From an uncultured Phycisphaerales bacterium (GTDB taxonomy: Bacteria; Planctomycetota; Phycisphaerae; Tepidisphaerales; Tepidisphaeraceae), in assembly GCA_963755915.1 (NCBI GenBank), contig CAVWLP010000002.1, positions 1,088,001 through 1,152,000 of the forward strand: 64,000 nt of DNA. The letters are read 5' to 3'. The position numbers and the translations under genes are program-made. Position 1 is the stretch's first letter. Every line of letters starts with the position of its first letter. The notes under the pieces were generated by a model that was not told the origin of the DNA, ran no database searches, and saw only the letters and a list, made by a program, of their open reading frames with translations. Below are positions 20,464 through 31,137 of the stretch, in pieces.

Positions 20464-22585
20464 GCCGCCGCTTTCTGCCGGACGCGTCCGGCCAAATCGT
20501 CGGCGATAAACTTCAGCAGTCTTTTGGTCGTTGCCAGATAGGTGAATCGTTCCAGAACGACTTCGCGCATGGATTCGGCGAGGCGCAGTGCAAAGCGCCG
20601 TCAGCCAAAAATCGCTGCAATTTCTGCGCAAATTCCCCCGCGCTCTCGAACGAAACCGCGTCGTAATCCCCTCCCCAAACCATCGCAGCCGAGCGGATGT
20701 AGCCGCACTGGGCGCTGGATTGCAGCGTCTCCAGCAGCGACGGCTTAAGCGTGAACGGATCGAGCCGAAGCGACTCTGCCGTGTGCGCCAGCTCGGCGGT
20801 TATTTCCGGATCCGTGCATTTCCTTAATTGCGAATCGGACGAGATATCGTTGGACACGCACCAGTTCCAGATCATTTCAAAGTGGCGTTCCAGCAGATCG
20901 CCCGGGCAACGCCGGATCATAAAGAACCCCCCGCAGGCCAGGCCTTCCATCAGGCGCTGATGCACGGCGCCGTGCGGGCTGGCGTGCAGGGAAACCAGAC
21001 TGGCGCGATAAATCGCCGAAAGCTGGCTGTTGTTGTCCGCCACGCCGCGGGCATAACGCGCCAGCGTGGGATGGTTCTCCCATCCGCGGCCATAAAGTCG
21101 CAAATCTGCCCCCGAATCCGCCACCCACTTGAGGGTTTGATGCCGAAAGAGCGCGTTGTTGATCCGCTGGCTGAAAATGTCCATCAGCTTGGGGATTTCG
21201 CTCCCGGGAACCGAGAGCTTCGTATCCACGAGAGCCTGGTCGATCATCTGCCGGATGTCCGTCGGCTCGGTGATGAATTTCCCCGCCTGGTAAACAGCGC
21301 GCAACTGCTCGAACACGCGGGAAAGCAGCGGGCCGGCCGCAGCGCAGCGCTCGATCTCGGCCTTGAGAAGCGTCTCCGCGGTCGCCGAGGCATGGCTCAC
21401 AAAAGAGACATCGCACTTATATTTCGCCAGGTCTTCCGACGAGAGCCGTTCGCGCACGAACCGCCGCTCGTCGCACCCCACGACGGCCGGCATATATCGA
21501 TCGGCCGGGTAGCCGTATTCATAGAGCATCTTCATCCGCGCGAACCCCAGAACATAATCCAGCGGCCCCTGCGCAGCCCCCGCCTCGGGCCGGAACATAT
21601 TCGGCAGCGCATCCTGCACCCACATCACGGTCGGCACCTGCGGCGGAATCCCTGACAGTTCCGACCGGTAATGATCGATGACGACAACCAAATCCGGCTG
21701 GAATTCCGCACACGCCGCCGCGATTCCAAGCCCATTGCAGATTTCGTGGTCATGGTCCTCGATGAATAGCCGCGTGCGATGCCCCAGCCGCGAAAAAGCG
21801 GCCAGCCAGTCGCGCATCGAATGCTGAAGGAAGGTCGTAAACCGCGAAGTCACGCCCAGCACTTTCAGCGGCAGACCGGATGAGAGCATCGCCGAAATCG
21901 ATTCGGCCGTTGTGCCGGAATAAGAGAGCCGGAATTGCTCCTGGTGCCCGCGGAAGATTTCGTTGGATTGAGCGCCGGCTTCGGTGAGAACCTGGTCGAG
22001 CGTTGGCTCGCCGCTCCAGAGCGTTGGATCGACCCGCACGGAGATCTTCGGCCAGGGCGTCCCAGTGTCGGTCACGAGGCTCTGACGGAAATGGTCGAAA
22101 GCATCAGGCCCAACGCTGAGCCGAACGCGTCCGTCAGCCAAAAGATCGCGCCAATCGTGAATGTGCAGCATGACCCAGAGCCGCTCGATGTCGCCAATCA
22201 GGAAAAACAGCGGGGGCCGATGCCCGGGCGCGGCAGGGGTCTGGCAGGGCAGCCGATAGATCCCGTTCCACAGCCACCCCATGTCCTCGCCGACGATCAG
22301 GACCGGCTGACTGCAGACCCCCGCCGGATAAAGTTTTCGGATCACATCCCGCGCGGCCGCCGGGGAAAGTGTGTGTGGCAGGGGGGTGGCGCCCAAACCG
22401 TTGCCTGTCCCCAGTTGAATCGATTCCCCGCTGGGCATGATCTGATACGGCTGCCGGGAGTCTAAATCGCTAAGTTGTTGTGCCAACTGTGGATATCGCG
22501 ATTCCATCGCGTCCAGGTTAGCCGTCAATCGAGATTTGAGGAGCTTGAGAGGGGTCCAGAGACTTGTGGGCGCAGAGCCATCCAT
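20460..22585 (-). CDS. Maf-like N-terminus plus CgeB/Glyco_trans_1_2-type glycosyltransferase (frameshift near the C-terminus)
   Basis: NLDAM..RYPQLA, CDVSFVSH, LRLYGRGW, HQRLMEGLACGGF. The corrected end is DLAGRVRQKAAA*. Confidence 0.75.
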
Positions 22586-22687
22586 GGCGATATGAAACCG
22601 TTCATCGGCGGTATCAGTCTCAAAACTTTAATAATTATCGGGCGTGCGAAAAATATTTTCACCCCCTCCCCGATCACCCCCACCCGA

Positions 22688-23620
22688 TCACCCCGGCACG
22701 AGCTGCATCTGATCGCGCATCTGGCGGAACTTGGCGAGCAGGCTGGTTCGCCTCGCGTCGAGATCGAGCAGCGCCTGGACGAATCGCCCGCCAGTTGTCC
22801 CGCAAAGGGCCGCCGATTGTTCCTCGGCATCGAATTGCCGCAGCGGCGCCGCGCTGGCGACCACCGACATGTCATAAAACGGGAACATCGCCGGGACGAA
22901 CTCGATATTCCCCACGCCGATATTGCGGAAAAGCGACCGCATCGACGATTTGCTGAACAGATGCAGATGCTCATTACGATCCAGCATCATGCTGAACTTA
23001 TGCCCCGTTTCGCTGATCTGCTGGAGGGTCATCCCTTCGGGATAAGCCGGGGTTTGAAGGAGCATGATGCCGTCGGATTTGAGTAATTCGAAACATTTTT
23101 CAAGGGTTTCTGTCGGGTTTGGCAGGTGCTCCAGGACGTCCATCATTACGATGGCGTCGAGAGATCTCGCCGGCAGGTTCTGGTCCTCCACCGGGCCGGT
23201 GAGCACATCGATTCCAAAGGTTTTCTTGGCAAATTTCACGATCGAAGGGCTCAATTCCAGCCCCGTCGCGTCAAAGCCCGCCTGTCGGAGCATCGCCACA
23301 AAGCCCCCGTGACCGCAGCCAATCTCCAGAACCTTCGCCGGCGGAAGCTTGAAGGGAAGGATCGAAGCCATCCAGTGGACGCACCGCTCTGAAAGGTCGC
23401 TCCGGGACCGCGAAACGATGTCCGGGCACCCCAGGTCGATTGTCTGGTGGCCGAACCAGTAATTTTTGCCGTAATAGTCTGCCGAATCGTCGGTTACGCG
23501 CGTGATCGGCTGGGCCGGATCGAACTGGGCGACCAGCGTCTGGCACTGATCGCAGCGCAGATACCCCTGCCCCCATTGCGAAAGGTCGCTATTGCCGCAC
23601 CAGCAATGCACCGCAGTCAT
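22688..23620 (-). CDS. Class I SAM-dependent methyltransferase with an N-terminal Zn-binding motif
   Basis: CWCG…RCDQC, VLEIGCGHG, DVLEHLPNP. Confidence 0.9.
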   Translation of the reverse strand: MTAVHCWCGNSDLSQWGQGYLRCDQCQTLVAQFDPAQPITRVTDDSADYYGKNYWFGHQTIDLGCPDIVSRSRSDLSERCVHWMASILPFKLPPAKVLEIGCGHGGFVAMLRQAGFDATGLELSPSIVKFAKKTFGIDVLTGPVEDQNLPARSLDAIVMMDVLEHLPNPTETLEKCFELLKSDGIMLLQTPAYPEGMTLQQISETGHKFSMMLDRNEHLHLFSKSSMRSLFRNIGVGNIEFVPAMFPFYDMSVVASAAPLRQFDAEEQSAALCGTTGGRFVQALLDLDARRTSLLAKFRQMRDQMQLVPG

Positions 23621-23687
23621 ATCGACTCGCCGGCAGGTTCCAATAAACTTTTAACCAGTCCTGTTTTGACAAGCCGATGGGGATTCA

Positions 23688-24512
23688 GTGGCCAGCGACG
23701 TCTTGAGCACGATTTCCTCATCCCACGGATTGCGGCAATACGACCATTCCGCTTTCTATCCCACGGTTCGGGCCGGGGATGTATTTCTGTGCGCCTATCC
23801 CAAGTCCGGCACGACCTGGCTGGCGTTTCTGCTCGCGCACATTCTCCAGAAAGACCGCGGCCAAACGATCAATCTGAAATCGGTCGACGGCTACGTTCCG
23901 GACGTAAATCTCGCCTATACGAAGCGCGGTTCGCTGGCTCAGTACGACCGGCACGCAGACCCGCGTTTCTTCCGCTGCCATGCGACCTATGATCCGAACC
24001 TTCAGTGGGTGATTTACGTGCTGCGCGACCCGCGGGACGTGCTGCTGTCTTATTGGCACTACAAGAAATTCCTGAGCCGCGATTTTTCGCTTTCCCTGAC
24101 GGATTATTTGCAAAGCGACGATCACTGGCCCTGCCGGTGGGACGAGCATGTAGCGAGCTGGCTGTCTCCCCCGATGCAATCAAATCGCCATCCGAATCTT
24201 CTGGTCGTGAAATATGAGCAGTTGCACGCCCAGACCCGCGAAGTGCTGCGCGAAGTCCTCGAATTCGCCGGATCGAAATTCAGCGACGATCAGATCGACT
24301 ATGCCGTCGCGCAGTGCACCTTCGACCGCATGCAGGCGGCCGAGCGCCGCTTTGGCGTTCATGGCAAAAATGGCGATCAATCCGAATCGTTCGTCCGAAA
24401 AGGCAAAACCGGCTCCTGGCGGGAAGAAATGAGCGAGCTGGATGTGCAGATAATCACCGAAAAATATGGGGCGGTGATGGGGCAGGTTGGATATTCGCCG
24501 AGCGGCGAGTAA
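23688..24512 (+). CDS. Sulfotransferase
   Basis: PAPS motifs AYPKSGTTW and RDPRDV..S; C-terminal FVRKGKTGSW. Confidence 0.92.
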   Translation: MASDVLSTISSSHGLRQYDHSAFYPTVRAGDVFLCAYPKSGTTWLAFLLAHILQKDRGQTINLKSVDGYVPDVNLAYTKRGSLAQYDRHADPRFFRCHATYDPNLQWVIYVLRDPRDVLLSYWHYKKFLSRDFSLSLTDYLQSDDHWPCRWDEHVASWLSPPMQSNRHPNLLVVKYEQLHAQTREVLREVLEFAGSKFSDDQIDYAVAQCTFDRMQAAERRFGVHGKNGDQSESFVRKGKTGSWREEMSELDVQIITEKYGAVMGQVGYSPSGE

Positions 24513-24530
24513 AAAACGAGTCAGAATATA

Positions 24531-24582
24531 AAAAAAGGGGTCAGGTTCTGCTCGCTAATGAGCTGAACCTGACCCCTTTTTT
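24531..24582. repeat. Palindromic repeat / bidirectional terminator
   Basis: AAAAAAGGGGTCAGGTTC…GAACCTGACCCCTTTTTT. Confidence 0.75.
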
Positions 24583-24617
24583 GCCAGAATTACGCCATTC
24601 GGAGCCGCGCAGGGCTT

Positions 24618-26331
24618 ATGGGTATCGTCCAAATAGAAGCCATTGAAGCAAACGCCGGCGTCGGCGCCCAAAAACGCGGGCGCGAGCTTTCGATTTGCTC
24701 CTCGTGCTGGCCGTCGGGCTTTTTGTGAATTGCGTCTACCTGGGAAGCGGCCCGCTCGCGGGCACGGAGGCGCATTGCGCGCTTGTCGGACATCAGATGG
24801 CAATGGGGGGAAGTTGGCTTCTCCCGAAATTGTACGATCAGGTCTATCTCGCCAAGCCGCCCCTCGATTACTGGATCCTGGCCACGCTCGAAAAACTGAC
24901 CGGAATGGCCAACGAACGGATCTGGAGGCTGCCCTCGGCGATCGCCGGAAGCCTCATGGCGGTTTTCCTCTGCTGGATCGGCGGTCGTTGGTTCGGACGA
25001 TTGGGTGGACTCGCCGCCGGAATCAGTTGTTGCGGCCTGGTCACATTGTGGGGGCAAAATCACACCGCCGAAATTGATGCGCTCCATTGCCTCGCCTGCG
25101 TTGTCACCACCTGTCTGATCATTGATCTGGGATTCTTCGCCCAGCGCCGCCGCGCCCTCATCGCATTGGCTGCCGGATTGGCATTCGGAGCCGCCCTGCT
25201 GATCAAGGGGCCGGTCGGATTGACGGGGATCAGCGCCGCCCTCATCGGACCGGCGATTTTCAATCGCACCGGCAGGGCCCTCAAACAGCCCTGGCCGTGG
25301 ATTTCGTTTGCGATCGGAGGCGGCTTATTCGGTGTTTATGTCCTGGCCGCCCTGCGGGAGTTTCGTATCCTCGGATTGCCGCTGGAGACGTCGGGCGTGA
25401 ATGAAGTCATGGTCCACCTCTGGAATGAGCCGGACCGCATCACCTTTCTGATTCCCACGCTGCTTTTGCCGGTGGTCTTGTTCGTCTACGCGATGCCGGT
25501 TTCATTTTTCTTTCCCTTGGCATTCTATGGCCCGCTCTGGAATGCCCCCACAAATTCGCAGGACAAATTTTCCGACCGCCGCCGGCAACTGCTGGCGCCG
25601 TGGTGGGCACGATGGCGGTCGCCTGCGTGATCTCGATGCTTTGTGGATTCAGCTATCCGCGCTATAGCTTTACCTGGCTGCCGTTGATTTGCCTGGTGAC
25701 CGGCGCCGTGATTGAGGCTTGGGCGCTGGATATTTATCCCCGCAAAATCACCGATTGGCTCCACGTCATGCTGGTGGCCGCGGGCATTGGGTTCACCGGG
25801 ATCATGGTGGTGCTGACCGTCCTTTGCATCAAAGAACACGCGGGCGGCACGGCAGTATTGTTCAGTTCCGTCGCCCTGGGATTGATCTTAAATGTCCTGA
25901 TCATTCGATGGACGCTGCAAAGTCATCCCTCCTGGGTCGTGGGCGGACTGATCGCCCTGCTGCTGCTGACGGGTCCGCTTTTTGGCATAAGGGAAGCCGC
26001 CGACCGCTGGCGTCGATCGGCGGCGCAGTTCGCCGCTATCGTCCGCTCCCGCGTTCCCGCCGGCCAAACCGTGACCACCGGGCATCTGCTGCTCGATCAG
26101 CCGGAGATTTTTTATTATTCGCACGTCAATGTGGAATCGCACCCCTTGACGATGTGGATCCCGCGCGAATTTCCCACCAGCCGGTGGATGCTGCTGGAAA
26201 CATTGGAATATGACTACTGGCAAACGAAAATGCCGGGACGGCTGACCGATGTTCAACCCCTGCAGAACCGCGGGATTTCAGCGGTATTGGCGTGGTATGA
26301 GGCAAAACCCGATCCTGGCGGGAAGAAATGA
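24618..26331 (+). CDS. ArnT/GT83-like membrane glycosyltransferase (frameshifts ~24690 and ~25600)
   Basis: TEA…QM..GGSWLLPKL….YLAKPPL.YW, RLPSA, LIKGPVG, and multiple TM helices. Confidence 0.82.
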
Positions 26332-26404
26332 GCGAGCTGGATGTGCGGATCTTCACCGAAAAGTATGGGGCCGCGATGGGACGGGTCGGATATTTGCCTA
26401 GCGG
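26300..26404 (+). repeat. Diverged direct copy of the sulfotransferase 3' end (24401-24505)
   Basis: Ungapped hand alignment gives 92/105 identical. Confidence 0.9.
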
Positions 26405-26515
26405 GGGACTTGAGTACAAAAGATGATACACCCCGGGGCATTACGCGAAAAACACTTTCTGGCCCAAAGGCCGAGATGGCAGCCTGAATCATTCGCCAAT
26501 AAATCGGCGAGCGTC

Positions 26516-26740
26516 CTAGTTCGGCGTTTCCCCTTTTTCCGAGTCGATGAGGTCAGACAACATCCTTTCCAGCTCGGCAGTTAGCCTTCCGAACCTTGAA
26601 GCGCCGACCGCGAAAGGGTAACGAGGGTCGCGGCAGGACATTGTGACGCCCACTTTCGCCCCTTTCTTGCCTCCCCGGAAAACATAAAACGGCACGAGTA
26701 ACGACGATTTTCCCACTACAGTGACCCGGTTCTTTGGCAA
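26516..26740 (-). CDS. Small hypothetical protein
   Basis: Co-oriented, 9 nt downstream of 26750-27265, with SD-like AAGGTGA. Confidence 0.35.
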   Translation of the reverse strand: MPKNRVTVVGKSSLLVPFYVFRGGKKGAKVGVTMSCRDPRYPFAVGASRFGRLTAELERMLSDLIDSEKGETPN

Positions 26741-26749
26741 ACGATCACC

Positions 26750-27265
26750 TTACCTTTTCGTAGAGATTTGCTGCTCCATTTTAACCATCCCGGCTCGGAA
26801 TGCGTCGGCGTTTGAAGTTCCTAGCAAATCGCTTAACAGACCCGTACTGGACAATCCACTATTCGATGTCGAAAGACATCCTGAGATGAGGCGCATAGTC
26901 GAACTATCCGGGAAGTCTAGCGGAATCTCTTGGGTGCGACCCGCATGGCTGGCGTGGTCAATCAGAAAAACGCAATTTATCCCTCCCGTTGAAGACGCGA
27001 CAAAGCAGAGCGGGTGCTGATCCATTTGATCATTGTCCTTGCGATACAGGTTCAGGAGTGCGTATGTCGTGTCGTTGTCACCAGTCGAGGTCATAAGCAA
27101 CCCAGCAACGCATTTCTCTCTTAGCCGTCCTGGAATGACTTCTGGCAAGTCACCTTGGCTCAGGAAAACGTAGCCGGGAGATTGCTGGACGCTATTAATC
27201 ATCCCCACAAGCTGCGCAGCTTGGGTTGACGTTGGCGTCAATGGGTTAATGGTAGGCATGGCCAC
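26750..27265 (-). CDS. Hypothetical protein
   Basis: 171-aa ORF in a visibly lower-GC segment, 15 nt after the upstream gene. Confidence 0.6.
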   Translation of the reverse strand: MAMPTINPLTPTSTQAAQLVGMINSVQQSPGYVFLSQGDLPEVIPGRLREKCVAGLLMTSTGDNDTTYALLNLYRKDNDQMDQHPLCFVASSTGGINCVFLIDHASHAGRTQEIPLDFPDSSTMRLISGCLSTSNSGLSSTGLLSDLLGTSNADAFRAGMVKMEQQISTKR

Positions 27266-27280
27266 TAATTAGGGAATAAG

Positions 27281-28315
27281 TTATATCCCCTTATCCGTTT
27301 TCCCTGTTATCCGTTTCGATGATGCATCAGGTTCCTCCCGCACCTCGTCCTTACCCTGCGCTTCCGCTTCGGCCACTTTTTTTATGAATCGTGCCACTCT
27401 CTCTGGTGATATCCATCCGCATCGCTCACAAAAAGCTACATAAGGCGGATCGATACCGAGATCGTCCCGATATTCCGTGGAAATGCGGTAAGAACTGCAC
27501 TTCGGGCATCGATCCGGCGCTCCCGACTCAAATCGTTCGATTGCGTGCCAATACGAGCTAAGCACGCTCTGGACGGCGTCGAGCGCTATTTGTCCATCCT
27601 GTCGAACGGCGCCCTTAGCATGAGTTAGCCAATTAACGAGTTGCCATGCCGACTTCGCCAGCATTTTTAGGTGTGCTCTCACCTCGGTAGAGCTTGGGCC
27701 TCGTGCAACGTGATTTGCGATGATCTCTGACCAATGAACGACGTCGGCTCTTTTCGGAGTTTCAGTCCCGGCGGGCACCATGTGGGCTGCACCTATTTCT
27801 GCGACGAATTCAACTAGGCATTCTCGAAGCCGCATTCCAACGGATTGAATTTCTTCCGCTTCGTCCGCAGCCTCGAGCGCATTGGCGGCGCCTTCCCAAC
27901 GCGTTAGTGCGGCGATCAATCGCCGCCTTTGGGAATCGTTTCTGGAGGTGGGATCTCGCGAAAGCATTCGCTCCATCAATCCGAGGTGGAAAGTCAACGT
28001 GTAATCGAGGCTGGGGAACAACTCTTGTGAATAGAGATTGGTGGGGTTCGTAATAACCCACCAGCGATGTTTATTCGTTCGCACGTCCCAAACGCCTACT
28101 TTGCGGCCCATCACGCTTTCTGATTTTATCTTCTCAAGGTGGACGATTTTTTCATCAGGAGCCTCACACTCAACGTACTGCCGCACCGAACGTCGCTCAT
28201 GCGGCGGCTGCCCGAATGTGAGTTGCGGTAGAAGTGTCTCAGCCACGGGCGGAGGAATGACGCATTCCTCACGATCGATGCCGAGCTTTTTTGGCCTTGG
28301 TCGTCGTGATGCCAC
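27281..28315 (-). CDS. Hypothetical protein with a HEPN/Abi-like helical region and a C-terminal Zn ribbon
   Basis: VWDVRT…RWWVITNPTNLYSQ, QSVGMRLRECL, AWQLVNWLTH, CPKC…CERC. SD AAGGA before a GTG start. Confidence 0.75.
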   Translation of the reverse strand: MASRRPRPKKLGIDREECVIPPPVAETLLPQLTFGQPPHERRSVRQYVECEAPDEKIVHLEKIKSESVMGRKVGVWDVRTNKHRWWVITNPTNLYSQELFPSLDYTLTFHLGLMERMLSRDPTSRNDSQRRRLIAALTRWEGAANALEAADEAEEIQSVGMRLRECLVEFVAEIGAAHMVPAGTETPKRADVVHWSEIIANHVARGPSSTEVRAHLKMLAKSAWQLVNWLTHAKGAVRQDGQIALDAVQSVLSSYWHAIERFESGAPDRCPKCSSYRISTEYRDDLGIDPPYVAFCERCGWISPERVARFIKKVAEAEAQGKDEVREEPDASSKRITGKTDKGI

Positions 28316-28562
28316 GATAGTCCTTTGCTTACACCGGTAGAGTGCTCATTGTGACCCATCCTATCCAAGACTGGGATTGGGGACATTCACGTATTTCCGG
28401 GAACTCACTAAACGGGATGAACCATCGATGTGCGACCCGAGCCATAACGCGGGTCTCCCCTCCCTCTCGCTCATTTCCCCCACCCCTCCGGCTCCCCGAG
28501 ATTCATGGCCGTTCGGACGGTGTTTTGCAGTTCCAAAACACATACACAACCGAAGTTCCGAG

Positions 28563-28598
28563 TGATATCAACGATACCAATGATATCATTGATATCAC
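28563..28598. repeat. Four tandem 9-bp units
   Basis: GATATCAAC GATACCAAT GATATCATT GATATCACG. Confidence 0.7.
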
Positions 28599-28685
28599 GA
28601 AAACTGGCTACCCATATTACCCAGCCCACCCAGTGCGTTGCGGACTGTAAAGTTTTGTACTCGATGGGCGTAAGGCAGAAAAATT

Positions 28686-30184
28686 TTAGGCGGGCTTATT
28701 CACCTGCTCCGCCAGCACCCACTTCATCACCTTCCCCGTCGGCGATCGCGGCAAATCCGGCGGGAAAATAAATTCCTTGGGAATCTTCCACTGCGCCAAC
28801 CCCCGATCCCGGCAGAAATCGCGAAGCGCCGCGGCAGAAGCCTCCTGCCCCGGCTTGACGATCACAAAAGCGACCACCATCTCCCCCCGCCCCTCGTCCT
28901 TCTTGCCCACCACCGCCGCCTCGGCCACCGAGGGATGCTGCACGAGGATCTCTTCCACCTCGCGGAGCGACCTTTTCCCCGGCGACGATGATCAGATCCT
29001 TTTTTCGCCCGGTGATGTAAAGGAATCCATCGGCGTCGACTTTCCCCAGGTCGCCGGTCTTGAAGAATTTGTCAGGCGTGAGCGCGGTCTCGGTCTCTTT
29101 GACCAGATTGTGATACCCCTTCATGATCATCGGTCCGCGCAGCCAGATTTCGCCGCTTTGATCGACGGAAAGCGCTTTGCCCTCTTCATCGGCGATTTTC
29201 ACTTCCACGCCGGGCAAGGGAATCCCCACGCTGCCCTCGCGATGTTTCTGCGGCGTGTTCAGGGAGACCACCGGACTGGTCTCGGTCAATCCGTACCCTT
29301 CGTAAAGGGTGACGTTGAACCGTTCCTGAAAGACCTGGCGAACCTGCGCCGGCAGCGGCTCGCCGCCGCTGATCATCGCGTAAATCGTCTTGAAGTCGTC
29401 GGCGACCGCGCTCTTCAGATGCGCGATTGCCGCCAGCATGCTCGGCACGCCGAACATGAGCGAGACGCCATGCTCGCGCACCGCATTGAGGGCAGCGACG
29501 GCGCTGAAGCGGGCCATGTAGATCACTTCCGCACCGAGCTGGATCGGCGCGAGCATCATCGCGGTCATTCCGAAGGAATGGAACAGCGGAATGACGCCGA
29601 GGAATTTGTGCTTCGTATTCCAGTTGCGCATGCTCGATGCAGGCGTCGACATCGCTCTGCAGGTTGCCGAAGGTGAGCATCACGCCCTTGGGCAGTCCGC
29701 TGGTGCCGCTGGTGTACATGAGGACGGCGATGTCGTCCGGCTTGGGATTCGGCAGGCGCGATTTGAGATCCGCCATCACTTTTTCCGGCGGCGGGCGCAG
29801 CGCGGCGGGGATTTTCGCCAGCTCGGCCAGATCGACGACCTTGATGGCGTCCGTCTTCACTTTTCGGCGCAATTGGGGGATGGTGACGACGGTATCGATC
29901 CCGCTGTCGGCGATCACATGGGCGATCTCATTGTCGCTGAGGAGAAAATTGATCGGGACCACGCACTTGCCAGCCAGCAGGGTTCCGTAGAAACTCGCGA
30001 CAAATCCCGCGCCCGCGGGGAGCATGAGTCCGACGTAGCCGCGCGTTGTGGTCCGGGCGAGATAGCCCGACAGTGCGCCGGCGGCGGCGGCCAGCTCGGA
30101 AAACGTGCGGGCGCCGCTTTCGTCACGCAGGGCAATCGTTTGGGGAGAACGGGCGGCGTGGTCCAGAAGCGGCTCGAATAGCAT
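28686..30184 (-). CDS. Long-chain fatty-acid--CoA ligase (AMP-binding), two frameshifts
   Basis: YTSGTSGLPKGV, SGGEPL, YEGYGLTETSP, FKTGDLG, GRKKDLI, PRSPTGKV. Confidence 0.9.
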
Positions 30185-30216
30185 AGAGCAGCTTAATATA
30201 TCTCGTGGAGGCAAGG

Positions 30217-31118
30217 ATGCGAAACGGTAAACCAGAAACCCGAAACCAGAAATCCGTCTTCGACCCTGAGGCTCAGACCCGAAGGGAATCAATGACGAAT
30301 GAACAAACCAGAAATGATGCTCGATTCGTCATTCGGGTTTCGGATTTGATTCGGATTTCTGGTTTCGGATTTCTGATTTGTCTCCTCGCCGCCTGCACCG
30401 GAAACGCCCAGTCGCGCCAATCGCTGGACGCGGCCAACCAATCGCTGAATGCGAGTCAGTACGACCAGGCGATTCGCGATACCGACTCGGTGCTGAGCAG
30501 TTCGGATTCCGCGGCTTATGCCGAGGCATGGTATATCCGCGGGTATGCGATCGAGAAGCGGCCGAAGCCGGACAATCCGGCGGCGCAGCGCGACCTGTCG
30601 CTGGCGGCGGATTCGTATAACCGCGGGCTGGCCAGCAACCCGCGCCCTCGCTTGCGGCCCGGCTGCATGCGCAGCTTGGGAACGTGGCGTATTACCAGCA
30701 GGATTACTCCACGGCCGTTCGCGAGATGACGGCGGCGTTTGACACGCTGGATAATTCTCAGCCGAAGGACCTGGTTCTCTATCGCATCGGCATCGGCCAG
30801 CAGCGGCTGGGACGATTTGAAGATGCCGATCGGACATTCACCCGGCTTCAGCAGATTTATCCCACGAGCCCCTACGCGGCCCGCGCCCGGGATCACCAGG
30901 GGGTTCGCGGGTTTTATGTGCAGCTTGGCGAATATTCGCAGCCCGCCGACATCAATCGAGCCGCGGGGGCGATTGGCGCCGCGGGGTCGGTGCCGCTGCA
31001 GACGAGCAGAGGCGGGCTGACCGTCATTCGAACTGCGGATGTGCCGTCGTTTGCACAGGCGGAGGAGCTGAGGTCGCGTTTGGCGGGGCAATATCCGGAT
31101 GCGCGGGTGATGCCGTGA
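30217..31118 (+). CDS. TPR + SPOR-like lipoprotein (frameshift ~30650; alternative start 30292)
   Basis: Lipobox LAAC, TPR helices (AEAWYIRG, LYRIGIGQQRLG), and C-terminal FYVQLGEY…A..LRSRL…YPDARV. Confidence 0.8.
30229..30379. repeat. Heptamer-based palindromic element inside the lipoprotein 5' end
   Basis: AAACCAG-AAACCCG-AAACCAG-AAATCCG (30229-30256) versus its inverted copy at 30352-30379 gives 26/28 matches. Confidence 0.85.
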
Positions 31119-31137
31119 AGCGAGAAGCTGTGATGAT

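Noticed and set aside
26405-28686. Prophage or integrative element
   Set aside because: No integrase, phage structural gene, tRNA target or att pair was seen.
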